A DNA stretch of 64,000 nucleotides from Candidatus Nomurabacteria bacterium. GTDB lineage: Bacteria > Patescibacteriota > WWE3 > UBA101185 > UBA10185. The position numbers and the translations under genes were made by a program. The notes under the pieces were generated by a model, which was not told the origin of the DNA, made no database searches, and saw only the letters and a program-made list of their open reading frames with translations. Location: positions 89,188 to 153,187 of the forward strand of contig JACKGU010000002.1 in the NCBI GenBank assembly GCA_020631855.1. Direction: 5' to 3'. Positions 44,791-54,827 of the stretch are shown here, in pieces (the first letter of the stretch is position 1; each line of letters opens with the position of its first letter).

Positions 44791-46491
44791 ATGATTTTTT
44801 TACGCATGAAACGTGAATCAGGCATTATTCATATAATTTTTATACTTTTGTTCGTTACTTCTATTATATGTGTTATTGCTCTGGGCATTATCTTTTACCG
44901 TGACTACGCCCGCAACGAACTAATCTCCACGCCCCTAGCTCAAAATTCTGTATCTAAGCCTTGGGTTCGTTCCTTTAGCCCTTTGAGAACTTTTTATGTT
45001 TCTCCCTCCGGCACAGGGGCTGGACACACCATGGCCGATCCTATGAGTTTAAGATCCGCTGTAGTAAATTCTATGCCCGGAGACTTGTACTATCTTCTTG
45101 AAGGAGAGTACGTTCCTGATGTCGCTGGTGAGAGCATGCGAGGCACACTGCTTTTATCCGGAGTAGGTACTGAAGAGAATCCTATTGTCTATAGAGCATT
45201 CCCCGGACACCGGGCGGTTATAATGGGTAATGTTTCAATTGGAAGCTCTGCCCTTAGTGAGGAAAGCGGTAAATATAATTGGGTTTGGGGCCTAGAGATT
45301 ACGGATCCCCAGAACTCGGTCGATGTTGGCCGAGAGCAGGGCTCGGGACTTGTAATGTTTTCCGAAGGATCGACAGCCATAAATAATATTATTCATGATC
45401 AAGCGCTTAAGAACGGTATAGGGGCCTGGGGAAACCCCTTAGGAAACGGCTACGATACAGGCACCTTACGAAATCACGTAGTATACGGCAACATCGTATA
45501 CCGTAATGGTTTGGGCACTAATACTTCTCAGTGTAATAGTGCTCCTAACCATAATGTTTATGGGCACCATAGCTACGCTGACGACAACGGCATTACATAT
45601 GGTTATAGATATTTCGTAGATAATATAATTTTTGATGCCGCAGAAGACTGCGGCAAAAGCAAAAACATTCTAATGAGAAGTAGTGCGGGCGAAGTAAGCG
45701 GGTTCTATCTAGACGGCAACGTTATCTTTAATGGTGGGGTGGCCGCCAATCCTGAGGGCCGCCCTTCATATAACATGAAGTTTCAAAGTAATTGGCTTGT
45801 TGATTCCCATTTCTTGATTGGCGGCAGACCTTTTCAGGGCGAGATTATTGGTAACACTTTGATTAACACTGTCCTGGAGATTCAGTCTTTATGGGGCAAC
45901 GAGCCGAGCATACCCAGAACAGTTGGTAATACAGTAGTAAGAAACAATAAAATTTATTCAGACACATACACATATCAAATTATTACCGCAATTAAATCCG
46001 ATGCTTCTTCTAGCGGTCAAGCGCCGATTCGTAGCTCTGACGTATGGGATTACAACGTTTACGGACCTTTTGCTCTAAATGAACCTCACTTTAGAGCTGG
46101 AGTTATTGCAAACGGCCGTACTCTGAACTCAGGACACACCCAGAGCCTAGAAGCTTTTAGACAAGCAACTAGGGGGATAAGGTTTTCTTCTCCTGAAGGT
46201 TTAGACGCTTCTTCCTCTGTTGTCGGCAAGCCCGCATCCGTAGATTATAAGCTTATTAGGAACGTTTACGATCAGGATTTAAGTTACCTAGTGGTGTACA
46301 ATTGGAGTTCTCAAGCCTCTGTTACGCTCAATTTACAGCGTGAGTTGCCCAGTGCTCGAAGGGTTGGTGTTTATTCAGTGCACGATATGTTCGGTTCGCC
46401 TGTTGTTGCAGCGTCTCCTAGAAATATTACAATTCCGCTAGAGGGAGATAGCGCTTATTCCATATACGTTGTTCGTAGCATTAGTAAATAG
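44791..46491 (+). CDS. Membrane-anchored right-handed parallel beta-helix repeat protein
   Basis: 566 aa. N-terminal TM, then repeated Gly/Asn-rich beta-helix rungs (NNIIHD, GNIVYRNG, GNVIFNGG). Confidence 0.5.
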   Translation: MIFLRMKRESGIIHIIFILLFVTSIICVIALGIIFYRDYARNELISTPLAQNSVSKPWVRSFSPLRTFYVSPSGTGAGHTMADPMSLRSAVVNSMPGDLYYLLEGEYVPDVAGESMRGTLLLSGVGTEENPIVYRAFPGHRAVIMGNVSIGSSALSEESGKYNWVWGLEITDPQNSVDVGREQGSGLVMFSEGSTAINNIIHDQALKNGIGAWGNPLGNGYDTGTLRNHVVYGNIVYRNGLGTNTSQCNSAPNHNVYGHHSYADDNGITYGYRYFVDNIIFDAAEDCGKSKNILMRSSAGEVSGFYLDGNVIFNGGVAANPEGRPSYNMKFQSNWLVDSHFLIGGRPFQGEIIGNTLINTVLEIQSLWGNEPSIPRTVGNTVVRNNKIYSDTYTYQIITAIKSDASSSGQAPIRSSDVWDYNVYGPFALNEPHFRAGVIANGRTLNSGHTQSLEAFRQATRGIRFSSPEGLDASSSVVGKPASVDYKLIRNVYDQDLSYLVVYNWSSQASVTLNLQRELPSARRVGVYSVHDMFGSPVVAASPRNITIPLEGDSAYSIYVVRSISK

Positions 46492-46510
46492 CAGTTTCAG
46501 TAAAATTGTC

Positions 46511-46963
46511 CTATCTGGTTACTGATATTGTTTCAGAAAGCTCTGCGCTGGGTGCTGAAACAGTGATTCGATTGTCAGTTGAGCTTTTTGATATTTCATA
46601 TCCCGAATCATAAGATGCACAGCTTGTATAACTGCCGTCTATTGGATCGAAGGGCATTTCAGCTATGTATGTCGGAACAAGGTCATCGCAAAGATCTATA
46701 TCAGTATTCCCGCTTCCTATGTTAGTTGCTGTGTTGGTTATTGCTGAGGGAGGGGTGCCATTGTTGTCTGCCATGTATTGATGGGTTGCATTTAGTATAG
46801 CGCTAACGTCGCTTCTTCTTTGGGTGTTATTGGCCTGCTGGAACTGTCTGGAAGGATTTATAGCTATCAAAACTATAGATAGAAGAATTGTAAGTATTCC
46901 GATTACAACCAAAAGTTCAATTAATGTAAAACCTTTATTATTTCTGGACAGATTATTTTTCAT
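46511..46963 (-). CDS. Type IV pilin (prepilin N-terminal methylation domain)
   Basis: KGFTLIELLVVIGILTILLSIV class III signal peptide. 150 aa. Confidence 0.8.
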   Translation of the reverse strand: MKNNLSRNNKGFTLIELLVVIGILTILLSIVLIAINPSRQFQQANNTQRRSDVSAILNATHQYMADNNGTPPSAITNTATNIGSGNTDIDLCDDLVPTYIAEMPFDPIDGSYTSCASYDSGYEISKSSTDNRITVSAPSAELSETISVTR

Positions 46964-46983
46964 AGATTAATTGTTTCAAATTG

Positions 46984-47979
46984 CTAATATGAAGTCAACA
47001 GGCCTCTTGGGCTTATAACTATAGAGTATTCTTGCATGTTGATATCTTGAATTGTTCTAATGTTCTCAAACATAGGGCTGTAAAATTTTTTAAGCTCGTC
47101 CACACTAGCAACTAGTTTCTCAGAAGAGTAGTAGATGATAAGTTCCGACGGGCTCTGTGGGTTTTCTTCAGAATTTGCATCACGAAGCACTTCTGTTTGA
47201 ATTTTAGAATATCCCATTTCGTTCAAGTTTCGGATCTCATTCTCGTAGTCTATTTCTTCGTTGTCGCTTTGTATAAGAACTATATTTATGTCACTTTTAG
47301 CTATAGTGTCAGCTAGTATTGGATCTGTGGGTACTAAACCCCCTAATTCTCTATTCTCTATGGGGGCCGATTCCGATTCTCGTGAGTTTATGGTCATTGT
47401 GATCAAGGCAACGCCTATTAAAACGAAAAGAAGGGCCGTAATAAGTACAAGCCCGTTTCTCTCTTTAGATTTTTCTGGGACCCTTTGTATAGACAATTTT
47501 TTCAACTCACTGCTTTTTTTTAATATTTTTAGCAACGGCGCTTTATTTTTTGGCAAGAGCATGTCTGGAACAACACTTGTTATAGCAATGTTGTAAAGTT
47601 CTAGTTCTTTTTGAATCTGAGTACAGAGATTGTTGTTTATTGCTATTATTATATTTTCATTCTGGTTGTAGACTTTGTAGGATATTTTATTTTTTTCGAA
47701 GGGGACCTCGTTTATAAATTCTTCGATCTGTTTCTCAAGATTATCGCCTGTCAGTGTTTTGCTGAACGAACATTCCTCTCCTACTATCAGTGGCCCTTGT
47801 AGGTTGTGTAGATTATTGTCGGATAGAAACTTATTTATTTCCGACTTGAATTTTTCAGCATCAACGAGCTCTTCGTTTTTCACAGCTTCTTCGGAGAACA
47901 CCAGAGATTTTATCTCCCCGTTTTCAGAAGAAAAAGCTAGCTTATTTCTTAGAAGATAGATAAATATTTTCTTTTTCAT
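46984..47979 (-). CDS. Hypothetical pilus-assembly-associated bitopic protein (PilM/N-like?)
   Basis: 331 aa with one central TM. Position within the pilus operon. Confidence 0.3.
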   Translation of the reverse strand: MKKKIFIYLLRNKLAFSSENGEIKSLVFSEEAVKNEELVDAEKFKSEINKFLSDNNLHNLQGPLIVGEECSFSKTLTGDNLEKQIEEFINEVPFEKNKISYKVYNQNENIIIAINNNLCTQIQKELELYNIAITSVVPDMLLPKNKAPLLKILKKSSELKKLSIQRVPEKSKERNGLVLITALLFVLIGVALITMTINSRESESAPIENRELGGLVPTDPILADTIAKSDINIVLIQSDNEEIDYENEIRNLNEMGYSKIQTEVLRDANSEENPQSPSELIIYYSSEKLVASVDELKKFYSPMFENIRTIQDINMQEYSIVISPRGLLTSY

Positions 47980-47980
47980 T

Positions 47981-48349
47981 TTATAACTCGTCCCAGGAAG
48001 TGACGTTTAAAACCCCTCCTACCCTTTCCATGACAGACTGTATTCTTCTCGTAAAATCTGTGTTTTGTACTACTGATTCTATGGTGAGAGGATTTGTTCC
48101 CGATACACTAATTGTAACAGTGTCATTTCCAACACTCAAATTATTCCCTGAATATGAGGGGTCCCTCAGCATTAGCAATGCGGCATTTTCTACCCCCGCC
48201 TCGCTGATAGCTAGAAGCCTTTCAGCTTGAGAATAGTCGCTTGTTCCTTGGGTATTTATTACGGATACAACAACTGCCCCCGACAGAACTGTAATTGCAA
48301 CAACAGAAAATACTAATACTGTTATCATGATCGAGCCTGCTTGTTTCAT
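47981..48349 (-). CDS. Minor pilin-like protein (PilX-like?)
   Basis: 122 aa. N-terminal hydrophobic helix without a canonical GFxxxE. Operon context. Confidence 0.4.
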   Translation of the reverse strand: MKQAGSIMITVLVFSVVAITVLSGAVVVSVINTQGTSDYSQAERLLAISEAGVENAALLMLRDPSYSGNNLSVGNDTVTISVSGTNPLTIESVVQNTDFTRRIQSVMERVGGVLNVTSWDEL

Positions 48350-48864
48350 CTTAGTCCTAATGTTGTTACAAAATTTCTACTTTCTTTTCCGCTATTTTTC
48401 TCTGCTATGCTTGTTACTGTAAACATAATTTTTATTGTTTCTTGGCCTCCCGGAACGCCGTATTTAGTAAATGAAACGTTGGAAATGGTAGTTCTGTTGC
48501 TGTTTAGGTTATATGCTCCGTCAGAAGTTGCCAAAAGAAGATTATCCATGCTTGTGCTGTAGGTGTATTTATTTATTCCTATATCGAGTTCTAGCGTTCC
48601 GCTGGAAGAGCCGACTACTTCGGGCATCGCTATGGCTTCGGCTCTGTATACGTCATATGAGATCCTGTTTAGTATGTATGTTCCATCCTGTTCGACTGAT
48701 GATACCGAATCGGATTCCAGCTTTATATTCGCTATTCCAACAAGCATGTCTGTTACAACGACAAGCAATATACTCATTAAGCCCATGTATAAAAGTAATT
48801 CCACCAAAGTCATTCCTTTCTGGTTGTGTCCTTTTTTGATGTGTAATCTGTTTTTAATAATCAT
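48346..48864 (-). CDS. Minor pilin (prepilin-type N-terminal domain)
   Basis: KGMTLVELLLYMGLMSILLVVV. Confidence 0.7.
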   Translation of the reverse strand: MIIKNRLHIKKGHNQKGMTLVELLLYMGLMSILLVVVTDMLVGIANIKLESDSVSSVEQDGTYILNRISYDVYRAEAIAMPEVVGSSSGTLELDIGINKYTYSTSMDNLLLATSDGAYNLNSNRTTISNVSFTKYGVPGGQETIKIMFTVTSIAEKNSGKESRNFVTTLGLR

Positions 48865-50714
48865 GGTGAGTAATTTATCCTTGCCTCGTATAAAATTGGC
48901 GTGTTGCTGCCGTCGCTACTTAAGTAGGTTTTAAATCTAAAGTATCTGCCTTCCACCGAGTTAAGCGGAATAGCTCCCGAAGCGGAGTAAAGTGTATTGT
49001 TTGTACCATCGGGCCCCACATAGTTCCAGGTAGAATTATCTGTGTTGGTAGCGATTTGAACAGAGACGCCAGTATTTGTAGGCAAACTAGAAATAAAATC
49101 AAAATAGTTAAAACCAACTGACCCCCCTGCATCAAATGTTTGGGAAGTGTATTGTCCGTTGTTTGCGTAGGCGCTACCCCCGAGATCCGCACATAATACA
49201 ATAAACTCTTTTGAATTGTCGTCGGTTGCGCCGAAAGCGCAGCCCTCTTTAACAAAAAGCGAATTAATACCTCCGGCTCCGGTATCGTAAGAACTCAGTT
49301 CTACAGGATTTGATTTATCCGATATGTCTACAACAAGAAATTCTTTAGTAACCGAATCAGTTCCAAGAAAAGCCAGATCTCCAACAACAAACACTGTATC
49401 CGAATAGGCTCCTATGTTCATAGATCCTACAAGAGAAGTGTTGTTGGGAGAAGACACATCTACTATATAAAATTCTGCCCCCGAGCCATTATTGGATGTA
49501 GTTATATATGCGTAATTCCCATCGAAATATACTCCAGACCCATCTGAATTTGAAGGTGTGTCGAAGATGCCCGCAGATGTTGGAGAGTTAACGTTTGAAA
49601 TGTCAATAATTCTAAGCTCGGCAGAATCTTCTATTGTTGACAAATATACATAGTTTCCTTGTGGATAAACATCCAAAACGTCGTTGTTTACTTCGTAGCT
49701 TCCTACAAGAGAAAGAGATGGTGCGTTTGAAGAATCAAATATTAAAAGTTCCGGTTCAGCGGGAGTTGCGTCTCGACCTGCGACTATGTAATTTCCGAAC
49801 TTCCCGATAGAATAAAGGTCGTTATTTCTGTTTAAATTTATGCTCGACGCTTGCACCGGATTCGCTTTGTTTGATATGTCAACCACAACAATCTCGCTGG
49901 AGTTTATGCCGGTCGCCAGGTACGCATAGTTATTGGAAACAACAATTGCGTATATTGTTCCCCCAGGAGAATAACTTCCTACTAGAGTAGTATTGTATGG
50001 ATCTGAAATATCAAATATATACAACGTGCTAGTGCCCATGTACGCAAAATCTCCTTCAACAAAAATTGCCAGGGAGTTTGTGTTGCCCGGAGAGTTGTAC
50101 GAATATGCTAAATTAGGTGTGCTCCAGTCTGCGCTTGGAAGCTGCTCCAGCTCAATCTCTCCGCCCGCATTATTTTTAGATACTGTATTGTCGAAAGTTC
50201 CTTGAATGAATTGCTCTTGTGTAGTTTGCTCCCACAGCGTATTTCCAAGGTATCTAGTTAGGTATGTGCTAGTAAAAACTTCGGATGCTATTGGTGTTTG
50301 CCAACTCACGGATATTTCGGCATATTTGGTTGAAGGGTCTAGTGTGCCTCCTGCAGATACTATAGTACCCGTATTGTCTCTGTAAACGTCTGAAATAACT
50401 ATGCTTCGTGTGAAAATGCCCAGATTTTCGGGGCCGCTTTCTAGGTTCCAAGAACTGCCGTCAGTTGAAGGATGAAAAATTCCCGGAGACGCTATCTTAT
50501 ACCAGTTTTCTTCGCGGGCACTGCGCAAAGCTTCGTAGGTCTCGCGTACAAGTGCTGTAGCAGCAACTCTATTTTCCTTTTGCGGCCTTCCTTCCCTACT
50601 TGCTACGAAGCCGGTAAGTAGTGCAGGAAGTAAGATTGCTAGAATCCCAAAAGACACCAACACCTCTATTAAGGATTGGCCAAACTCTATAGAAGTGTTA
50701 GTTTTTAATGACAT
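48861..50714 (-). CDS. Pilin-like N-terminus fused to an LVIVD-repeat beta-propeller (candidate pilus tip adhesin)
   Basis: N-terminal GQSLIEVLVSFGILAILL prepilin-like helix. At least 6 repeats of the form YIFDISDP..LVGSY...NYAYLA / IVVVDISNKANP (LVIVD family). Confidence 0.65.
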   Translation of the reverse strand: MSLKTNTSIEFGQSLIEVLVSFGILAILLPALLTGFVASREGRPQKENRVAATALVRETYEALRSAREENWYKIASPGIFHPSTDGSSWNLESGPENLGIFTRSIVISDVYRDNTGTIVSAGGTLDPSTKYAEISVSWQTPIASEVFTSTYLTRYLGNTLWEQTTQEQFIQGTFDNTVSKNNAGGEIELEQLPSADWSTPNLAYSYNSPGNTNSLAIFVEGDFAYMGTSTLYIFDISDPYNTTLVGSYSPGGTIYAIVVSNNYAYLATGINSSEIVVVDISNKANPVQASSINLNRNNDLYSIGKFGNYIVAGRDATPAEPELLIFDSSNAPSLSLVGSYEVNNDVLDVYPQGNYVYLSTIEDSAELRIIDISNVNSPTSAGIFDTPSNSDGSGVYFDGNYAYITTSNNGSGAEFYIVDVSSPNNTSLVGSMNIGAYSDTVFVVGDLAFLGTDSVTKEFLVVDISDKSNPVELSSYDTGAGGINSLFVKEGCAFGATDDNSKEFIVLCADLGGSAYANNGQYTSQTFDAGGSVGFNYFDFISSLPTNTGVSVQIATNTDNSTWNYVGPDGTNNTLYSASGAIPLNSVEGRYFRFKTYLSSDGSNTPILYEARINYSP

Positions 50715-51195
50715 TTGTGCCTCCCATTTTATTTAACGAAATGGTTATAGATTGCCCTCCGCTGTGCGAAATTGTGATAGAGCTGTTGCCACTGATGTAC
50801 CCGCTTATCTCGCCGCTAAGATGCTCAAACACTAATTGATTTGAAGGGAGGTTAATGCTTGTAAGTGTTGTTCCTTCCTCTACATTAATAGTAAAGTTGT
50901 TCGGATCCTCGGCATTATATGAGTTTCCAGAAAATAATGTATAAGAGTTTGTTTCAAAGTATATTCCTTTGTTCTCTGTTGAATCTGAGGTGTATTTCCC
51001 TACCATGGCGTCAAGTTGTTGCTTTTTAATATCTGCTATTATCGTGTTGGCGTTTTTGTCAACAGAAGATGTCACTTGCGGGCGTGCTAGGTTTACAGCT
51101 ACAAAAGAAGATAGTACAGCAAAAAGTCCTATGACTAGCATGAGCTCTATTAGCGTAAATCCGGAGTCAGGAGAAAAAATAAATTTATGATTCAT
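50698..51195 (-). CDS. Pseudopilin (GspH/FimT-like)
   Basis: SGFTLIELMLVIGLFAVLSSF. Confidence 0.7.
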   Translation of the reverse strand: MNHKFIFSPDSGFTLIELMLVIGLFAVLSSFVAVNLARPQVTSSVDKNANTIIADIKKQQLDAMVGKYTSDSTENKGIYFETNSYTLFSGNSYNAEDPNNFTINVEEGTTLTSINLPSNQLVFEHLSGEISGYISGNSSITISHSGGQSITISLNKMGGTNVIKN

Positions 51196-51196
51196 A

Positions 51197-51631
51197 TCAT
51201 CTAGGCGTTATCTCCCCTATCAGCTTGTATATTGGGGCTATTATCGATAGCATAATACTTCCTACAAATATTCCGATAATAATTAATAACACTGGTTCAA
51301 GAACCACTGTAATGGTTTTGAGATTCTCGTCTATGTCCTTGTTGAATTTTTCTGCTAAAGTTGACATGCTTTGCTCTAGTGAACCACTTTTCTCGCCGAC
51401 CTCAGTGATTCGTATCATTGACGTTGGAAATACGTTTTTACTTTTTCTCAGGCCGTCGGCCAAGCTCGCCCCTTCCCCTACTGCCTCGGCCGATTTTTTA
51501 ATAGCATTTGCAGTCTTTTTTTGCAAAACCACATCCCCGGAATAATCGAGCGCTTGATTTATAGGCATTCCTGATCGTAACAGCACCTCAAAGTCCCCTG
51601 TGAATCTTGCAAGATCAAGTTTTTTTGCCAA
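51197..51631 (-). CDS. pilC: PilC/GspF C-terminal T2SS-F domain (second half of a split pilC)
   Basis: T2SSF domain (GMPINQALDYS...) and terminal TM ...PIYKLIGE. TTG start inside an A7 tract. Overlaps the upstream half by 73 nt in another frame. Confidence 0.7.
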   Translation of the reverse strand: MAKKLDLARFTGDFEVLLRSGMPINQALDYSGDVVLQKKTANAIKKSAEAVGEGASLADGLRKSKNVFPTSMIRITEVGEKSGSLEQSMSTLAEKFNKDIDENLKTITVVLEPVLLIIIGIFVGSIMLSIIAPIYKLIGEITPR

Positions 51632-52245
51632 ATTTCCATTAATGGTAACGAAAAGGTAAGTGTCTGTAATGATCTTTTTTTAAAGTGGTACAGAACCGAA
51701 ACCATTACAGATATGAAAAGTAAGCCAGAAAGTATTGCAACTGTATTTTCTACGAAGAAGTTTGAGACTATTATTAAAACCCTTGTTGTGATAGGAATAT
51801 CAACCTTTAATTTATAGAATACACTGCTAATTCTGGGAATTACGTAGTATAAAATGATCAGCAGTATTCCTAAAAACAAAGCTACTACCATGGTTGGGTA
51901 AAGAAGGGCGGCCTTGATTTTAGAAGAGAACTCCTCTGATCTTTTTAAAAATATAATAATGTCTTTCAATGTTTCTTCCAAACTTCCTGACTGCTCTGCC
52001 GATTTTATAAGGTTGAGAGTTACCTTATCCATTGTATTTTCAAGAGCATCTAGAGATGAAAAAAGGCTTTTCCCTTCACTCACATCGTGGCGAACACTAA
52101 GCAAAACTTTGTGAACAGGACCTTTAGATTCTTCAATTAACTCATCTAGCGCAGTAATAATAGGAATTCCTGCCACTAGCAGTGTGCGAAGATTGTCTAG
52201 CATTTCAATTTTCTCTTTTGTTCTTAAATTAATTGTTTTTCTCAT
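51559..52245 (-). CDS. pilC: PilC/GspF N-terminal T2SS-F domain (first half of a split pilC)
   Basis: T2SSF domain (GIPIITALDEL ... SLDALENTMDKV ... IKSAEQSGSLEETL) plus TMs. An A8 instead of A7 at plus 51620-51626 would read ...EIWQKKLDLARFTGDFEVLL... and give one ~350-aa PilC. Confidence 0.7.
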   Translation of the reverse strand: MRKTINLRTKEKIEMLDNLRTLLVAGIPIITALDELIEESKGPVHKVLLSVRHDVSEGKSLFSSLDALENTMDKVTLNLIKSAEQSGSLEETLKDIIIFLKRSEEFSSKIKAALLYPTMVVALFLGILLIILYYVIPRISSVFYKLKVDIPITTRVLIIVSNFFVENTVAILSGLLFISVMVSVLYHFKKRSLQTLTFSLPLMEIWQKNLILQDSQGTLRCCYDQECL

Positions 52246-53924
52246 TTATCAACCTCTGTTACTCTGTAAAGCTCTTCGAGGGTCGTAAGTCCTTGAGCCA
52301 CTTTCCTTAATCCATTTTCGAACATGGTTTCCATGCCCAACGTTATTGCTACTGATTTCAGTTCCCCAGAACTGGACTTTTGCGCGATAAGTTTTTTTAA
52401 TTCGTCTGTTATCTCCAGTACTTCAAATATTCCAACCCTTCCCACGTAACCAGAGTTATGGCAATATTCGCAGCCTTTACCCTCATATACTCTTATTTGG
52501 GCATTCTCCCCAAAATATTTTTTAATTTTTTCTTCCGAAATCATGTCTATTAATTGCTCACGTTTTATTTCTTCCGAAACTCTACAGTCTGAGCATATTT
52601 TTCGCACAAGCCTTTGAGCAATTATTACATTAACAGTTGACGCCACTAAAAAAGGCTCTATGCCCATATCTGTAAGTCTGGGAAGCGTGGTGACCGCGTC
52701 ATTCGTGTGTAATGTTGAAAGAACTAAATGTCCTGTCATGGCTGAATTTACAGCTATGCCGGCGGTGTCCTGGTCTCTTATTTCTCCAACAAAGATAACA
52801 TCAGGGTCTTGCCTTAGTATCGCTCTAAGTCCTGATGAAAAAGTTAGGTTAGTTTTGGGGTTCACTTGAATTTGGTTAATTCCCTCTATGTCGTACTCTA
52901 CCGGATCTTCTATTGTAGCAATATTTACTTCCTTTGAGTTAATTATTTTTAGAATAGAATAAATGGTTGTAGTTTTTCCAGAACCTGTGGGACCTGTTGC
53001 AAGTACCATCCCATTCGGTCTTTTATATGCTTTTTGAACCTTTTGTAGATCTTCTTCATCCATGCCCAGATCTTGAAGTGAGAATTGCCTAGAGTTTGAT
53101 GAGAGTAATCTAAGAACTATCTTCTCCCCTTTTACAATTGGGACTATGGATACTCTAATATCTAGGTTCTCCATTTGCAGGGCTACGTTTAGTTTGCCGT
53201 CTTGAGCGCTCATGTGTTCGTCGGTGCGTAATTTTGACATCACCTTGATTCTGGATGTTATTTTTTCATGCAGCTCCAGAGGTATTGAAAGAACTTCATG
53301 CAAAACCCCATCAATTCTAAATCTTATTGTAGACGCATTGTCTTTCGGTTCGATGTGAATGTCTGATGCTTTATTCTGATATGCGTACTGGACCAATGTA
53401 TCTACTATCTTAGACACAGGAACCTCTGTGTTTTTGTCTTTCTCTGAATTTTTAATATGTGTTATCAGCAAGCTCTCATAAGCTTTTTGTAGGGGCTCGT
53501 TGTATAAGGACAGTGCTTCTTGAATATTTTTCTCTGTAGTGTAGTAAATAGATAAAAATTCGCCGGTTTTTTTCCTAATCATGTCAAAGAACTCATTATT
53601 TAAAGGATTTGTTGTCGCAAGCTTTAGTCCCTCTTTATTTTTATCGAAAAGCACGGCGCTTTGTTTTTTTGCTACTATCTCGGGGATTATATTGAGAATA
53701 TCTTTTGGTATTGACTCGTCCTTTATTGTTACATATGGAAACGAAATCAACTCTGATATCAATCTTCCCACATCGTTATCTTTAATGAGATCTTTCTTTG
53801 TTAGAATAACATCCAGAGGTAAGTTTTGAGATTCCGCCTCTTTTAAGCAACTTTCCAGTGACTTGGAATCGATCACATTTAACTCTTTGATCTTGTTGTA
53901 GAGGGCAGTGTTCTGGTAAAGCAT
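52242..53924 (-). CDS. pilB: Type IV pilus assembly ATPase PilB (GspE family)
   Basis: 560 aa. Walker A GPTGSGKTTT, T2SS-E signature, tetracysteine CSDC...CEYC. Confidence 0.9.
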   Translation of the reverse strand: MLYQNTALYNKIKELNVIDSKSLESCLKEAESQNLPLDVILTKKDLIKDNDVGRLISELISFPYVTIKDESIPKDILNIIPEIVAKKQSAVLFDKNKEGLKLATTNPLNNEFFDMIRKKTGEFLSIYYTTEKNIQEALSLYNEPLQKAYESLLITHIKNSEKDKNTEVPVSKIVDTLVQYAYQNKASDIHIEPKDNASTIRFRIDGVLHEVLSIPLELHEKITSRIKVMSKLRTDEHMSAQDGKLNVALQMENLDIRVSIVPIVKGEKIVLRLLSSNSRQFSLQDLGMDEEDLQKVQKAYKRPNGMVLATGPTGSGKTTTIYSILKIINSKEVNIATIEDPVEYDIEGINQIQVNPKTNLTFSSGLRAILRQDPDVIFVGEIRDQDTAGIAVNSAMTGHLVLSTLHTNDAVTTLPRLTDMGIEPFLVASTVNVIIAQRLVRKICSDCRVSEEIKREQLIDMISEEKIKKYFGENAQIRVYEGKGCEYCHNSGYVGRVGIFEVLEITDELKKLIAQKSSSGELKSVAITLGMETMFENGLRKVAQGLTTLEELYRVTEVDK

Positions 53925-53926
53925 TT

Positions 53927-54409
53927 TTATTCAGTTAGCTTTCTAATTTTGTCCAATATTTCTCCCATCGAGTAGTCGCTTTTTATAATGTAGTCGTTAG
54001 CACCAAGTTTTATACCTCTATCAATATCTTCTTTTTGTCCAAGATTTGAAGCTATTAAAATTGGAATGTCTTTGAGGCTAGGTTGCTGTTTTATTTCTTC
54101 CAGGGTAGCGAAGCCGTCCTTTTTTGGCATTATAAGGTCTAAAATGATCAGACAAAAATCTGAACCTTTTGATAATTCTTCCATCGCTTCTACCCCATCC
54201 CTTGCTAGCGTTACTTGATAGCCGCTTTTCTCCAACTTTACCCTATACGCGTTTCCTAAGAATTTATCATCCTCTGCAATCAGCACATGTTTATTATTTG
54301 AGGCGCCTTTAGTATCTTTGTTTGTAGGTACACTCTGGTCAGGTCGCTGGTTTAATGAGGGGCTGCCCTTATTTATAAAACTGCTGTCTGTTATGTTATT
54401 CATTTTCAA
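53927..54409 (-). CDS. Single-domain response regulator (receiver)
   Basis: VLIAEDD ... LIILDLIMPKKDG ... K. Confidence 0.8.
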   Translation of the reverse strand: MKMNNITDSSFINKGSPSLNQRPDQSVPTNKDTKGASNNKHVLIAEDDKFLGNAYRVKLEKSGYQVTLARDGVEAMEELSKGSDFCLIILDLIMPKKDGFATLEEIKQQPSLKDIPILIASNLGQKEDIDRGIKLGANDYIIKSDYSMGEILDKIRKLTE

Positions 54410-54815
54410 CTAGTTCTCCAAAAATATTTACTATCTCGTCTAGCCTGTGCTCAGCTTTTAAAAGGTATTTTTTTGCTCCTAAGGCAAGCATACTCTCAAC
54501 TTTGTCGTTGGACGCGCTGTTACTTACTATTATTACCGGTATTTTAGAAAGCTCGGGGTTTTTTCTTATAGCGCTCATAAACTGAAGACCGTCCATGTCT
54601 TTGAGATGATAGTCAAGCCAAATTGCATCCGGCAGGGCGGAGTATTGCTGTAGGTTTTCGAGGTAGTCTAGGGCCTGAGCTCCGCTTGTTACTGTGACGG
54701 CTTCAATGCCAAGTTTATTTAGTTTTGCTGAGATTGCTGTCAATAGTAACGCTTCGTCTTCTACAACTAGAATTGTGCTAAGGTTTTTTGGTTTTTGTTT
54801 AGAGCTTGTGTTCAT
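54396..54815 (-). CDS. Single-domain response regulator (receiver)
   Basis: ILVVEDE ... IWLDYHLKDMDG ... K. Confidence 0.8.
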   Translation of the reverse strand: MNTSSKQKPKNLSTILVVEDEALLLTAISAKLNKLGIEAVTVTSGAQALDYLENLQQYSALPDAIWLDYHLKDMDGLQFMSAIRKNPELSKIPVIIVSNSASNDKVESMLALGAKKYLLKAEHRLDEIVNIFGELVENE

Positions 54816-54827
54816 AAAAATATATTA

